The notes under the pieces are model-generated. The model did no database searches. It was not told where the DNA came from and saw only the letters and a list, made by a program, of their open reading frames with translations. Source: Paragordius varius (Eukaryota > Animalia > Nematomorpha). From it: a DNA stretch of 64,000 bases. Each line of letters begins with the position of its first letter. The first letter of the stretch is position 1. Made by a program: the position numbers and the translations under genes. Location: positions 3,596,001-3,660,000 of the forward strand of contig OZ176052.1 in the NCBI GenBank assembly GCA_964247055.1, read 5' to 3'. Positions 1-34,985 of the stretch are shown in pieces.

Positions 1-605
1 TCCAGGGGCTAGTCTAAATAAGCGCTCGAAAAAAATATTTGCCTTTCTAGGATTACCTAAAAACATTATCGAATATTACAGTCTCATAACTTGGGCGCAA
101 ATTGATTCATATATTATATTTGGGGATTATTTATGAAAATATTGTAATTTAATTACGAATATAACAAAGTTTTTACCACCTTTGTGGCCCTTCTATATTA
201 AGAATCCAATATTCGGATACATTTTGCTAAATAAAATTTTTATTGTGATAGCCAATTGCTTCATTTAGGATAAATCAATAAAATACATGACAAACTACCT
301 TGAAAAGCAAAATATATTTTTAGAAAAATTATGTGAAAAATTCTTAACTTTTTGGATTCGCCTAATGGACAGGCTTTTTTGAAGTAAGCGCATAAATGCC
401 GATATTGTGCGATAAAAATTTTGAATATATCTATTTAAAATAATAATATTTTGCTAAAATATAGTTTAGAAGACATATTTCGAGCTCTATGGCATTTTAA
501 AGCATTGTGGAAATTATTATAAAGATGCATATGTTATAAAAACACTTTAATATATGACTTAAAACGGCGTTTGACATATAAAATAATTTTTTGTTAAAAA
601 CAAAA

Positions 606-607
<2 letters not shown>

Positions 608-654
<47 letters not shown>
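608..654. repeat. (TA)n microsatellite; others at about 2430-2456, 7927-7958, 14424-14443, 25980-26028, 26180-26206, 51975-52011 and 63268-63289; (TG)n at about 24153-24176
   Basis: Read directly from the sequence. Confidence 0.95.
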
Positions 655-660
<6 letters not shown>

Positions 661-1719
661 TGAAGCTGATAGAAATGTTCAGCCCCATCAAATTATATAA
701 AAATGATATTATAATATGTTATAGTGTTATACCCTTTCCACCATGCTAAATTAAATTAACAAAATAACTAATGATATGAAAATTTTTTGATGTCATTTTA
801 TATTTAATATTCTTATCGTTTTACCTGACACTTAGAAAATTGCCCAATTGTCCAAAATTTTGATACTTTCGGAGTTAGATCTAAAATTTTAAATTTTAAA
901 AAAATATTTGCTTTTTTATATATTTAATTTTATACATAGGATTATTGGGATATATAAATCCTTATACTATGAAAGCAAAATGTATCAGAATTATCACGGT
1001 GCTTTTGGTTTTGGCTATTACGAGCTATATAAGAAAGTTATGTACACTTATGATAACTACTCCATCTCAGAAAATGGCAAAATTTGCGACATTAATTTTA
1101 TTTTGATGACAAAAAATATCACACCATAAATAATATAAAAAACAAGAATATTTTTTAATTGATATAGCTTTGAAAGACCCAATTTTGCCTTAATTCGGGG
1201 TAGTGTCCATAAAATACACGTAAAAATGCCGACATATGGCAATAAAAATTTATTATATGCTAAATTTTGACATTAAAAAAGTTTTTTCCCCGAAAATTAT
1301 TTTAATTCATAAAAAATTTATTGAAGCGTTCTTCCTACTGTTTTAAGGTAGGATGGAAAAGGTATTAAAATAGATATTATATAATTTTCTATATAATTGA
1401 TGAGCCTAATCATTTTTATCTTTCAGAATTTAATTAAACATTTTATTACATTTTAGTGCAGCTTTATATCCCAAAACTATTTAAAATTTTGTTATCTTAA
1501 AAAGTTTTGGTATTAAGCGGATTTAAATATATGCACTTTAGTTTTTTAAGCAGATTATACAAAAAATTTTTTATATGGTAACTCATCTCAAACTTTTTCC
1601 GCCATTTTTTTTATAATTTTTTTAAATCGCTTATGCCACAGGCTAAAAATTATTGGAAAATGTAAATAATTTATTTTAAAGAGCTTCAGTCTGTATTTTA
1701 GCAGCAAAAACTTGATATT

Positions 1720-1800
1720 TTAATATCAGCTGTTTATTTTAATCATGTTTTGGAACTGACCCGATAGGCTCTAGAAGTCATAATAAAAAAACTTTTTTCT
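1720..1800. repeat. Dispersed repeat with copies at about 7770-7850 and 20795-20880
   Basis: Shared AATCAGCTG...TTTAAT...GGAACT...CTAGAAGT(C/T)A(T/A)AA pattern. Confidence 0.5.
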
Positions 1801-2424
1801 TATACATGAGAGCAATGTTTGATATATTTTAACTAATATAACTTTCAAAACTGTAGTTTAATTATGAAATTGAGTTTTGGGATATTAAACTATCCCAGAA
1901 GTTAAAATATGCTAATGAAGTGTTAAAGGCTCCTTTGAATTCAAATTTAGGTGCATTTTAGTAATAAAAACAATTTATATTTAACATAAATAAATAAAAC
2001 GAACGAATATTATTTTATTTTGAGGTGTTTAAAATATTGACATCATGGAATTCTATAGAAATTATTATTTATAAATAAATCGTTGTTATATCGTTTCTAT
2101 CTTATGTTGAGATAGAATGAAGTGCCCAACAAAAGGGTATAAATAAAATATTGAAGCAATATATCCATTAAATTTGAAGTCAGAATTTAGCATATGTTTC
2201 GAATTTTTATTGCGCAATATTTTTACCTTTATTTTAACACTTGGATACAACTCATTCATTTCACTCCTTCGATTCGAATTGGGGTAGTTGGTTACCCCAG
2301 GCTTAATATTAAATATTACAAAAAATGGAACTTGCACTTATATATGAACCGAAATAGAATAAATTCATTATAACTTGCAAGGTCTAAAAGCGAAAACAGT
2401 AGGTTATCTTGATTATTTATCTAT

Positions 2425-2459
<35 letters not shown>

Positions 2460-3021
2460 CACTTGGATATAACACATTCATTTCAGTCCTTCGATTTTAA
2501 ATTGGGGTAGTTGAATACCCCAGGTCTGTCAAAAAATAAATAATTAAAAAATTATGGAATGAATTGAAACCATGGCAATAATTTGCACATTTATAACATT
2601 AATGAACCGAAATATAAAAAAAAATATTATTCAAAAATACTTGATATTAGTTATTTTTAGTTAAAACTTAAAGGTAAAAATTTAGTCAACATGACATGTG
2701 TGCTCATGCTAAATATTATACAATACAAAATAAACCACTTTTTCTGTTTCTATCTATGTTGGATGTGTTTTAAATGATAAATTAGCTTAAATATTAGCTC
2801 TAAAAACAAATAAACATGATATTTTGCAAAAATGGCGTCGAAGTAGTTTGATATGAAACTTTTTTTCAACACCAAATTTTATATAGATATTTCGGCTTAT
2901 ATATATAATTTTAATTAGGATAGAGGGATAAATTAATATCAGGACCGTTTCTTTCAGCAGTTAAAAAAATTTGCTTAGATATAGTTTGGGGTATTTATAT
3001 ACCCCAATTTGAATCCAAGTG
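2460..3021 (+). mobile_element. piggyBac-like non-autonomous element (family C), about 560 bp; partial tandem copy at 2238-2400
   Basis: TTAA|CACTTGGAT ... ATCCAAGTG|TTAA. The internal sequence is shared with the copies at 37088-37638 and 53960-54506. Confidence 0.75.
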
Positions 3022-3431
3022 TTAATCAGGATTTTGATGTTCACTGTGTATATATATAAAATAGTTTGCTCTATACATTTACCAAAAAACAATACTATGC
3101 CCCCCTCATTTAAATCCAAACGCATAACTCAATTTTACAAACATTCATAAACTTTTTGAGTATATATGTGATCAAATTTAGCCGTAGAATGGCACAAAAT
3201 ATTTAATTAACAGAATTATAATTAAAATATTTGAGATGGTAATTTTTAAAACTTTATTCCTCAATAATATCCTAAACTTTTTTTGAAATATAAAAAATTT
3301 AAAATATCATTTTTGAAATGTATCATCCCTAAGTGTAAAACCCAATTCATAATGCGTTAATGTTAATAATATATATCACTACATCGCCTACTGAGTGCCA
3401 CACATTCATTTATTCTGATGCGGAGTATTAG

Positions 3432-27347
<23,916 letters not shown>

Positions 27348-27610
27348 AAATAAAATATTTTTTTGAAAAAATTGTTGACAATCACGATTTTTGACAATAT
27401 ATTATTGTTTTGGGTCGCAAAATAGGAAAAGAGACTAAGTTGATGGTTTCTTTATTTATGTAACAATTATAATTATAAAAATTATATTGAAGAAAATATT
27501 AACCAAGATTTGAAAAAGTATGGCTATCTTCATACCACACATTAGTTTTTGCGTTTTGTCTTTACAATTCTAAATAATCTTTATTGTATGTATGTATGTG
27601 TGTATGTTAG

Positions 27611-27819
27611 GACAACACAATGTTATAACATCAAACACAAACTCAAATGCCCCAAACCTATATTCCATTAATCAACAACAAAATCAACAAGCCCATCACG
27701 GGCAAAGTCATTCCCCTTCCCCCATATTTAGCGGTGCTGCTGGCGGTAATTCAAATTCCAACCTAAACTCTCAAACTATTCCCACGGCTACACCAAAACA
27801 ACTTATAAACCATCATTAA
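27611..27819 (+). CDS. Candidate alternative terminal exon of CaMKII (GQHNVITSN...LINHH*)
   Basis: Acceptor TTAG|GA at 27610/27611 is in phase 1 with an internal donor AGT G|GTTATC at 27273/27274. The exon is 69 codons, open to TAA, and Q/N/S-rich. Confidence 0.6.
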
Positions 27820-28413
27820 TGAAATACTGATCTTTTCAAAAACTATGGATATGGATCTTGATTTTGATAGCTTTTTTTATACATATAATTATTATAATTC
27901 AAAACGATACAATAGTGCAATCAATATTGTTTTTGGCCAATTATAATAACCCAATCACGGAGGACAAATATATATCTGCTTTATTTATTATTTGAAAATA
28001 TTATTCTAATTATTGTATACAGCTATATTCATTCTTATGACAAACTAAAACTATTTATTGTGTATATATCATTTATGAATATACCTTGAAGCTTATATTT
28101 ATATGATTAGTTGCTTTTTATACTTATTTATGTGCATTATTACTTATTTATTTTTCCGAAAAACGGTAAAATTGCCATGTAAATTTTTGAAAATGAAATT
28201 CTTTAAATTTTAAAATCATGTGGTTTAAAGTTTGGAATCTAGAGGAAAATTTATGCTATGTATCATATGTCAAATTTTATTTTTACATATATTGACTTCT
28301 TTTAATTATATTTATATCATATTTTCTATGTTGTATGTATAAAAATAAATTTACAAATAACGCTCGCTACTCTACTAATAGCCAATTTTTAATTTAGTAG
28401 CATTGTCCAGACA

Positions 28414-28676
28414 TGAAATTATACGGACAAAACGGATCAATATATAGACAAATATTTTTTTCTAAATGACAGTTATACTTTTTCAAACTTTAATTTATTT
28501 ATATAAAGTAGTAAATTACAATCGTAAAATATATATTTAATAGTGTTACCTATATAGATCTATATATTATAATTTGCAGTTTAAAACAATCAGTTATATT
28601 AGAAAAAATTAAGATTTAAAAAGTATGATTGTCTTTTAGAAAAAATTTTTGTCTACGTTTTGTCCGTATAATTTCA
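28414..28676. mobile_element. MITE family D (21-bp perfect inverted repeat); related ends at 15067-15299 and about 16010-16047
   Basis: TGAAATTATACGGACAAAACG (28414-28434) and CGTTTTGTCCGTATAATTTCA (28656-28676). Confidence 0.65.
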
Positions 28677-29009
28677 ATTTTCAGTGTTTTTTACTAATAA
28701 TATCCTTCTATAAACTCTGAGGCACAAAAAATATGTAATTAAACTAAAAAAACTAACCAAGCATTTAAAACATGGCTTTAAGGAAGCCGAATTCAATATG
28801 TGTAAGAATGAAAATTTAAAATATATGGGATATACTGGTTGTACTATCTTGATTAAAAACGATTTAAAAATAAATAACTGCCAAACATGAAATTTTCAAA
28901 CGTGTGCGGTAAAATTGTTTTCATGATCGAAATCTATATTGGTTGGATAAAATATTGCTAGTCCCACCATCTTTCATTAAAAAACCGATAAAATCGACTA
29001 TATCATCCA

Positions 29010-29280
29010 AACTAATAGATTGCGTCTCTACGGTCATACTCAAAGAAGAGAACGCCACCTACCCTTTAAAAACTGTTAAATGTTGATGGCAAACGAAGAA
29101 AGGGCCAACTACTCTTTTCTTATTATGATAATATAAAAATGGATTTGAATCAACGTAGTCTTACTACCAAACAATGTAAAGATCGTAAGTTAAAGCGGGA
29201 ATTACCTCGTGGCGCCGCAAAATTCCGAATCTGGAGTCCTGAACCTTACCTACCTGGTTTCCGTATGGTTTATTTATTAC
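29010..29280 (+). mobile_element. Degenerate RTE-like LINE 3' fragment
   Basis: NRLRLYGHTQRR and, in another frame, VDGKRRKG...YDNIKMDL...CKDRK resemble the RTE C-terminal RLRW.GH..R / GKR..GRP..W.D.IK.DL pattern. Confidence 0.6.
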
Positions 29281-29653
29281 ACGATATTAAATCATTACAG
29301 GGATTAGAAAATTAAGAAATGTTTAAGAACCAAAAGAAAAAGCCTAATGATACCAAGAGTTTTTTCAACCGGAATTATTTGGTCAATTAAAGAAAATATT
29401 GTGGAACCGGAAGCAAAGGTTATAAATATTAGACACTTAAAAACGGTCCTGGTTCTAAACTAAACTTTTAAATTTGCCCGAACGTTTTCCCTCATGTTTT
29501 TTTATTCTTTAATATAATCATTAGTATTTGAACACATTTCACATCATGCACAATATTTTTCAATTATGACCAAATTAAAATTAAATATAACCAAAAACAT
29601 AGAGAATATTTATTTACAATTTAAGTTCATATCTATTTTATAATAATGTCCAA

Positions 29654-32600
29654 TTATAAAAAAGCTTCAAGCGTACAAATTTCATATAAAATTTCTTCTA
29701 TATTCATTCCACTAAGTTCTAAAATAATATTTAAAAATTTGTTGAGAATATATGAGTTTGCAATATTGTATTCTTGTAATCCCTCATCAGATTCATTGTT
29801 TTGAGCTTTGCTGTGATAGATTTTGTAACTTTTAACAAATTTATTAAAATGGGCCTTAAACGATTTGTGATATTTCGTATGTTTGTTAGGTGCATACATA
29901 CGATTAGATGGTATATTTAAACACTGATTAACATCACTTTTTAACGATTTATGGAGATCTAAAGTGTTATTGAACAAAGTTTCCATATCATCATTCCCAA
30001 AATGTTCATATATACGTTTATAGGTTGTCGCAATAATCATATTATATTGAGATAAATGGGTAAAAGATATCAACGTTGCATTTTGTAATGCATCAGAATT
30101 AAGATTAGAATTAATCGCGTTAGCATTATCGATGAATTGGGGCGTAAAGCCATGTTGTGATAGAAAAGGGGCCAGAGGGTCGTCTAAATCATCATAGTTT
30201 GAAGATTGCAAGAGCGTTTCATCATCTATGTGTAAAATTTGGTATTAACAATTATTTCTGTTTTACAATGTTAATGCTTAATAAAATTAATATTATTCTT
30301 TATATGATTATCAAATTCTTTTAATATCACTCCCATTTTAACGAAGTTGCATATTTTAATCATTAACAAAAAAATTAAACTGTTCAAATAGTCAAAAAAA
30401 CAAAATTTTTCCCCTGTTATGCATATGCGCTTACCTTGATTTTGACCACGATCATCGATAGGCGTTTTTGTTGAAGAGGTGGTAAATTCGGGTTTATATT
30501 GTTCAAAAAAATTTGCCAAATTATTTTTCAACAGTGTTTGTTTGACGGATGCAGAGCCAGTATCTGGTCGATATGCCCAAAATTGCATGGCATCTATGCA
30601 TTCATTAACACGTTGAGTCAGGGATTTTTTTGCATATTCTTGAGGATAAAACATCATAGCCAAATAATTTCGATAAATCTTATCATTAACACTTCCATGT
30701 TCATATTCAAGGGGATTAAGTAAAGCGTATTGTTTCAACAACTGTTTTTCATACCTTGCTTTGTATGATGAGTTAGATTGTGACAAAGATATCCACATAT
30801 TCCACCATAGGCTAAATTTAAAAACTGACGGTTTATTAATGTCTTCATTTGCTGTTGATACCTGGTCAGATACCTCGTCAGTATTAGATAAAACATGTGT
30901 GTTTTCATTAACATTAAAATGCGACTCAGTAGCTGAATGATAATAGTAAATGTGATAAATTTTAAAGGAAACAAAAAGTATGGCCCAAGCATGACCTTCC
31001 CAATTTATCCAATAACGTGAACCACGGAACATGTTATAAGGCGGATCTAAAATTCCAAACAACGGATTGTAAATAACATTGCTGGCTGATGGTAATTGGT
31101 CAGTTTGAGACGTAGTATTATTCGCCTTCTCATTTTCAAAACAATTGGCAAAGAGGTGTTGCAACATATCAAGATACGGTTGTTTGCAACATTTTTCGAT
31201 GATGAGTATGAGAGATTCTAAAACATACATTTATAAAATTTAAACCAAAAAAAGTCGTTTGAAAATCATTCAAGTGTATCAAGCAATTTTTTGAAACATA
31301 AGATTGATAATAGATGAAACGAGTATACTTGGTAAGTTCAATCGATGTGTCAAGAGATATACCATAGGCTGGATATACTTGTCAAATATTACTTTTCTAC
31401 ACATTAATGCTATTTCAATGTTAGAAGATTGATTCACATTACTATCCTTGTTTCCCCCAAAAGCATACTCGAAATATTGGGCATTTTTATCAAGTTCAAG
31501 CGTTTGGATTAGGTTTGCACATTGACGTCTTAGGCCTCGAATGAGTGGTAAGGTTCGTGTATTGAAAACGCAAGTATCAAACAGTACAAATTTCATTTCT
31601 TGTGGCAGAATGGAAAATGAATTACCCAAATAAGGGACAACACGTCGCGATATCAATCTATGAAAAAAAATAAAAAAACCAAGTAAAAAATTGAATAAAA
31701 ATCTCTTTCTAAAGTTTCCAAGATTTTAAAGCCTTAAAATTTTGAAAAATATGAATTAAATTGCAATTATAAAAAAATTTGATAGATTAACATAACATTG
31801 TTAAACATCATTTTATAGATATTTGGAAATTATTGTTAATAGAAAAACATGTACGAAATTATATCTGATATAAGGATCAAATATCTGTAGGATTCTTCCA
31901 CCAAGGATTGGTCAAAAACAGTTTCAGAAAAATTTATAAGAGTTGCACTAAGGCAGGTAAAACCAAGTGTTGAAAGTATTGATAAATCGTAGGCGTTCAA
32001 AACTCCTCTGTGTTTGAAATTTCTCGATTTAGTCAAAGGAAAAGGTCCACCGTTATTAGTTTGAGTAATAATTGGTTCGTTATCAAAATCTTGATCTAAA
32101 TTATCCTTTTCGCCCTCAAAATCTTGTGTGTTCTTATTATCACCAATTCCAGGTTGAGTATTAGATGCTCTAGTTTTACGGTACCTTAGAGGTATATTTT
32201 TGGTGAGATATTTATTAAGTATGGTTTGATTGGTAAGATTTGAATAATCAGAATTTTCGAGTTTTTCATCCAACTGTTCCCTGATTTGAGGGGTCAATAT
32301 ATCATTAAAATCGATTGATTTATCTTCTTCTTGCTGTTTTTTCGATGATGAATTATGTCTGGTGATCCTGGATATTTTAGAAATTTGAGTTGGAGTTTTC
32401 CTGGTTGAAATACGTACTTTTTGCAATTGCAGAGCACTGATGTTTGCAGCAATTCGTTGTTTTTTAGCGGGTGATGATATATCTAAAAAGGGTGATTAAA
32501 TCAAAAGCAAAAAATACATTTTTCATACAAAATATTTTAATTCATCGAATTAAAATGACTACCTTGAGGAGTATCATCCGTAACACGGGCCGGTCCTTCA

Positions 32601-33637
32601 AGGTCGATTAAATGTTTAAAACCCAGTTTTGAATCATTTTTAATATCGATATAATCATGTTTTTCAATAAAAACATTTTCTCCATATTCCTTATAGCCGC
32701 TGTTATTAAGTTCAAAAGATAAATTTACGGTTTCATCAACCAAAGTATCATGTTTGTTGAATAAGGCCTCAAATTGGTTTTCAAGCGAAAAAGTTTCTAT
32801 TTTTAATGATTTAGGATCCTCAAAATTGTTGGCTTGCTTAACCTTATGAACAGTATTTTTGATTTCACCGTCATCATAGGGAGACAAATCAATATTTTTA
32901 TCCATAACTTGGTTCAAGTTTGATTTGGCGTTCGGTTCTTTTTTTGTAAGTTCGTTTTCAGTTTTATTTAAAGAGCTGGCTGTATCGCGTTTAATGTAAT
33001 TAGTGTTTTTTATGTTAGTAACTGTTGATAACTTGGAAAGTATAGTTTTTATTTGGGGTTTGTCAGAAATTTGAACGCATTTAAATATGTCTCGGAGTCG
33101 TCTACTAAAAATTGGGTAATGCGATTGACCGTGAGGCGAAATAAAAATTGAGGATCCTGTAAAAAATAAAGATTCATAAATAATTTGTGAAAAAAATTGC
33201 TTAGTAATTATTTTTTGGTTAATTCAATAATATTTAATTACTATATCATCTATTTTCAAATTTCAACTATAATAAAAAACGCTTACGTTTTTGTAAAAAG
33301 TTATGGTAGAATTGAAGTGAATATGTCAATAAATCTTTGTTCACACCACATTTCAAAAGAGATTTTGATTGTTTTTTCAAGATGATTGCAAAAGCTTCTT
33401 GATATGTCCATGGCATCCCTTTATCCACTAAATTTATATATCAATCTTACAAAATAATGGAGCAATTTCGTTTAAATTAGATCTTTGAGAAAATTTTTGA
33501 CTGAAACCAGCGTTTATGGGTTCATCATCATCAACCTCATACATATCATATATTTGGACATTACATTGGGAACAAAAATATCGCCCATCCAAACAATCAT
33601 AATGAGTGGATTCGCATTGTTTGCATTTAAAAGACAT
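29654..33637 (-). CDS. TAF1B: RNA polymerase I initiation factor TAF1B/Rrn7-like, 7 exons, about 1077 aa
   Basis: Exons (-): 33637-33451, 33427-33287, 33156-32563, 32482-31855, 31657-31329, 31217-30435, 30225-29654; phases are consistent. Zinc ribbon CKQC...DGRYFCSQC; KGMPWTYQEAFAIILKKQSKSLLKCGV resembles human [44 protein letters not shown] resembles ITLSDLLRFVEEDHIPY, and the RLNLP motif and C-terminal helix resemble the human C-terminus. Human sequence is recalled from memory. The first intron and the exon 5/6 junction are the least certain. Confidence 0.85.
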
Positions 33638-33644
33638 TGTATGA

Positions 33645-33812
33645 TTAGGTATTTTTGAATCCCAGGTTTTCAAATTTTTCAGTTGCCATTAAGTTATTAT
33701 CCATTCGGCATTTCAAATATTTTTGGGATTCAGTTAAGCATTTTGACGAATTATTATCATTTTTACTGAGACAAAACATATATTTTAAAACAAATTCTCT
33801 ACAAATCTTTTC
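33645..33812 (-). CDS. COX19: COX19 C-terminal part (twin CX9C), 55 aa, with no local ATG for the N-terminus
   Basis: EKICREFVLKYMFCLSKNDNNSSKCLTESQKYLKCRMDNNLMATEKFENLGFKNT* shows CX9C-X10-CX9C spacing and the YLxCRM..NLM...E.LGF signature of COX19. Confidence 0.85.
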   Translation of the reverse strand, partial: EKICREFVLKYMFCLSKNDNNSSKCLTESQKYLKCRMDNNLMATEKFENLGFKNT

Positions 33813-33819
33813 ATCAAGG

Positions 33820-33960
33820 TGTATCAAGAAAAGGGTGTAGCAGACCCACGTCGCCACTGTCCACAAAAGACGTCCCTTGCTGCCCTTCCAAACACCAGTC
33901 AATGGTGGTTCAGTGACAGCCGTCTAGTTGCGTCAGGGGTCGAGTTGACTTCTAGGGATA
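33820..33960. ncRNA. Candidate structured RNA element (unassigned)
   Basis: About 55% GC, with a long imperfect hairpin AAGGG..AGCA..ACGUC/GACGU..UGCU..CCCUU and a short CACCA/UGGUG hairpin. Confidence 0.2.
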
Positions 33961-34478
33961 TAATGATAAGTTTATATAAAGATATGTATGAAATAAAATG
34001 AAGATATATTTGACATTTACTGGTAAAATAAATCCAATCGACTATGTCCTATATATTTATACTAATGTTTAATAGATCTAATATTCTTTAAGCTTAATTC
34101 AATCGAATGCATATTTTCATACTGTAACAGTATTTATCTTGTTTGATACGATTTTATAAACCAATATTTAACTTTTGCTAGTGTGTATTTCCGTTTTTAG
34201 TCCATGTTTTTTTATAGTCTATAAATTCCAGTTGGTATTCATAAAGTGTCTGATATTTAAATCAATTTTTCTCCTTTTATATGTAAATCTAACATTTATA
34301 GACCAATAAATTAAATTTTCTTTAATCAATCTCTTAATTAAAACAATTTTTTCCCTTTGTAAAGTCCTCTTAAGATACCGCATTCGTTATCTTTAATCTA
34401 TAAATTCCAGTTGTTATTTGCCTTTATAATACATTTAAAATACCGCATTATAAATCTTTTTAATTTTTACAAGCAAAT

Positions 34479-34628
34479 TAACAGTAGCAAATGGTTAAGA
34501 TTTAACATATTTTTTAATGACTTTTTTTATATAAATAATAAATGTGTAAAATCTAACAGTAGCAAATGGTTAAAATGTAACAAACTTTTTAGTGACTATT
34601 TTAAAAATAATAAATATGTAAAATCTAA
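34479..34628. repeat. Tandem duplication, two copies of a 75-bp unit
   Basis: TAACAGTAGCAAATGGTTAA recurs at 34479 and 34554, with similar downstream sequence. Confidence 0.8.
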
Positions 34629-34669
34629 AGGACATTTAAAATAAAGTAAAATATAAAAATGCTTATCTC

Positions 34670-34985
34670 TAAGTTACGCATGGAAGTTCCAAAGGGACTA
34701 CGTTCAGCTTGGTCGTAGCAACGAAACGTAAACTTTCCCGTGCCTGTGTCAATCTTTCCTCCTATGCGACTACAGCGGCACGCCCCACAGCGCTCCTATT
34801 ATTATGCTAAAAAGCAAAGGCATACAAATGGGGAGCCTAAGTGAGTGCATATAGAGTGACACCTTAGACGAAGCGGTACACATCCCGCTAAGCTATAGAC
34901 TATCCGGGAAAGATCGTTACAATCAACGTCATGCGGTCGTCCAACCAATACTGGCATGCAATACATTCCCTTGCGTGTTTGTTGA
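34670..34985. ncRNA. Candidate structured RNA or TE-derived GC-rich island (unassigned)
   Basis: About 50% GC over some 310 nt against a strongly AT-rich background, with several hairpins and no convincing ORF. Confidence 0.25.

Noticed and set aside
497-691. ORFs with IYIYIY runs (also 25978-26286) and most other 60-90 aa ORFs in the track
   Set aside because: They arise from (TA)n microsatellites, from AT-rich intron DNA, or from read-through beyond real exons.
31279-31328. TAF1B ending at the TGA at 31279, or stop read-through there
   Set aside because: TAF1B homology continues in two downstream ORFs. A phase-1 GT-AG intron (31328-31218) bypasses the stop, and further in-frame stops exclude read-through.
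34690-34740. Hammerhead ribozyme (stem followed by CGAAAC)
   Set aside because: The CUGANGA core is absent on both strands.
34755-34800. Resemblance of the minus strand to the SRP RNA Alu 5' end (GCGC..GTGG..GCGTGCC..TGTAGTC)
   Set aside because: No S-domain motif follows, and the similarity is explained by a local hairpin.
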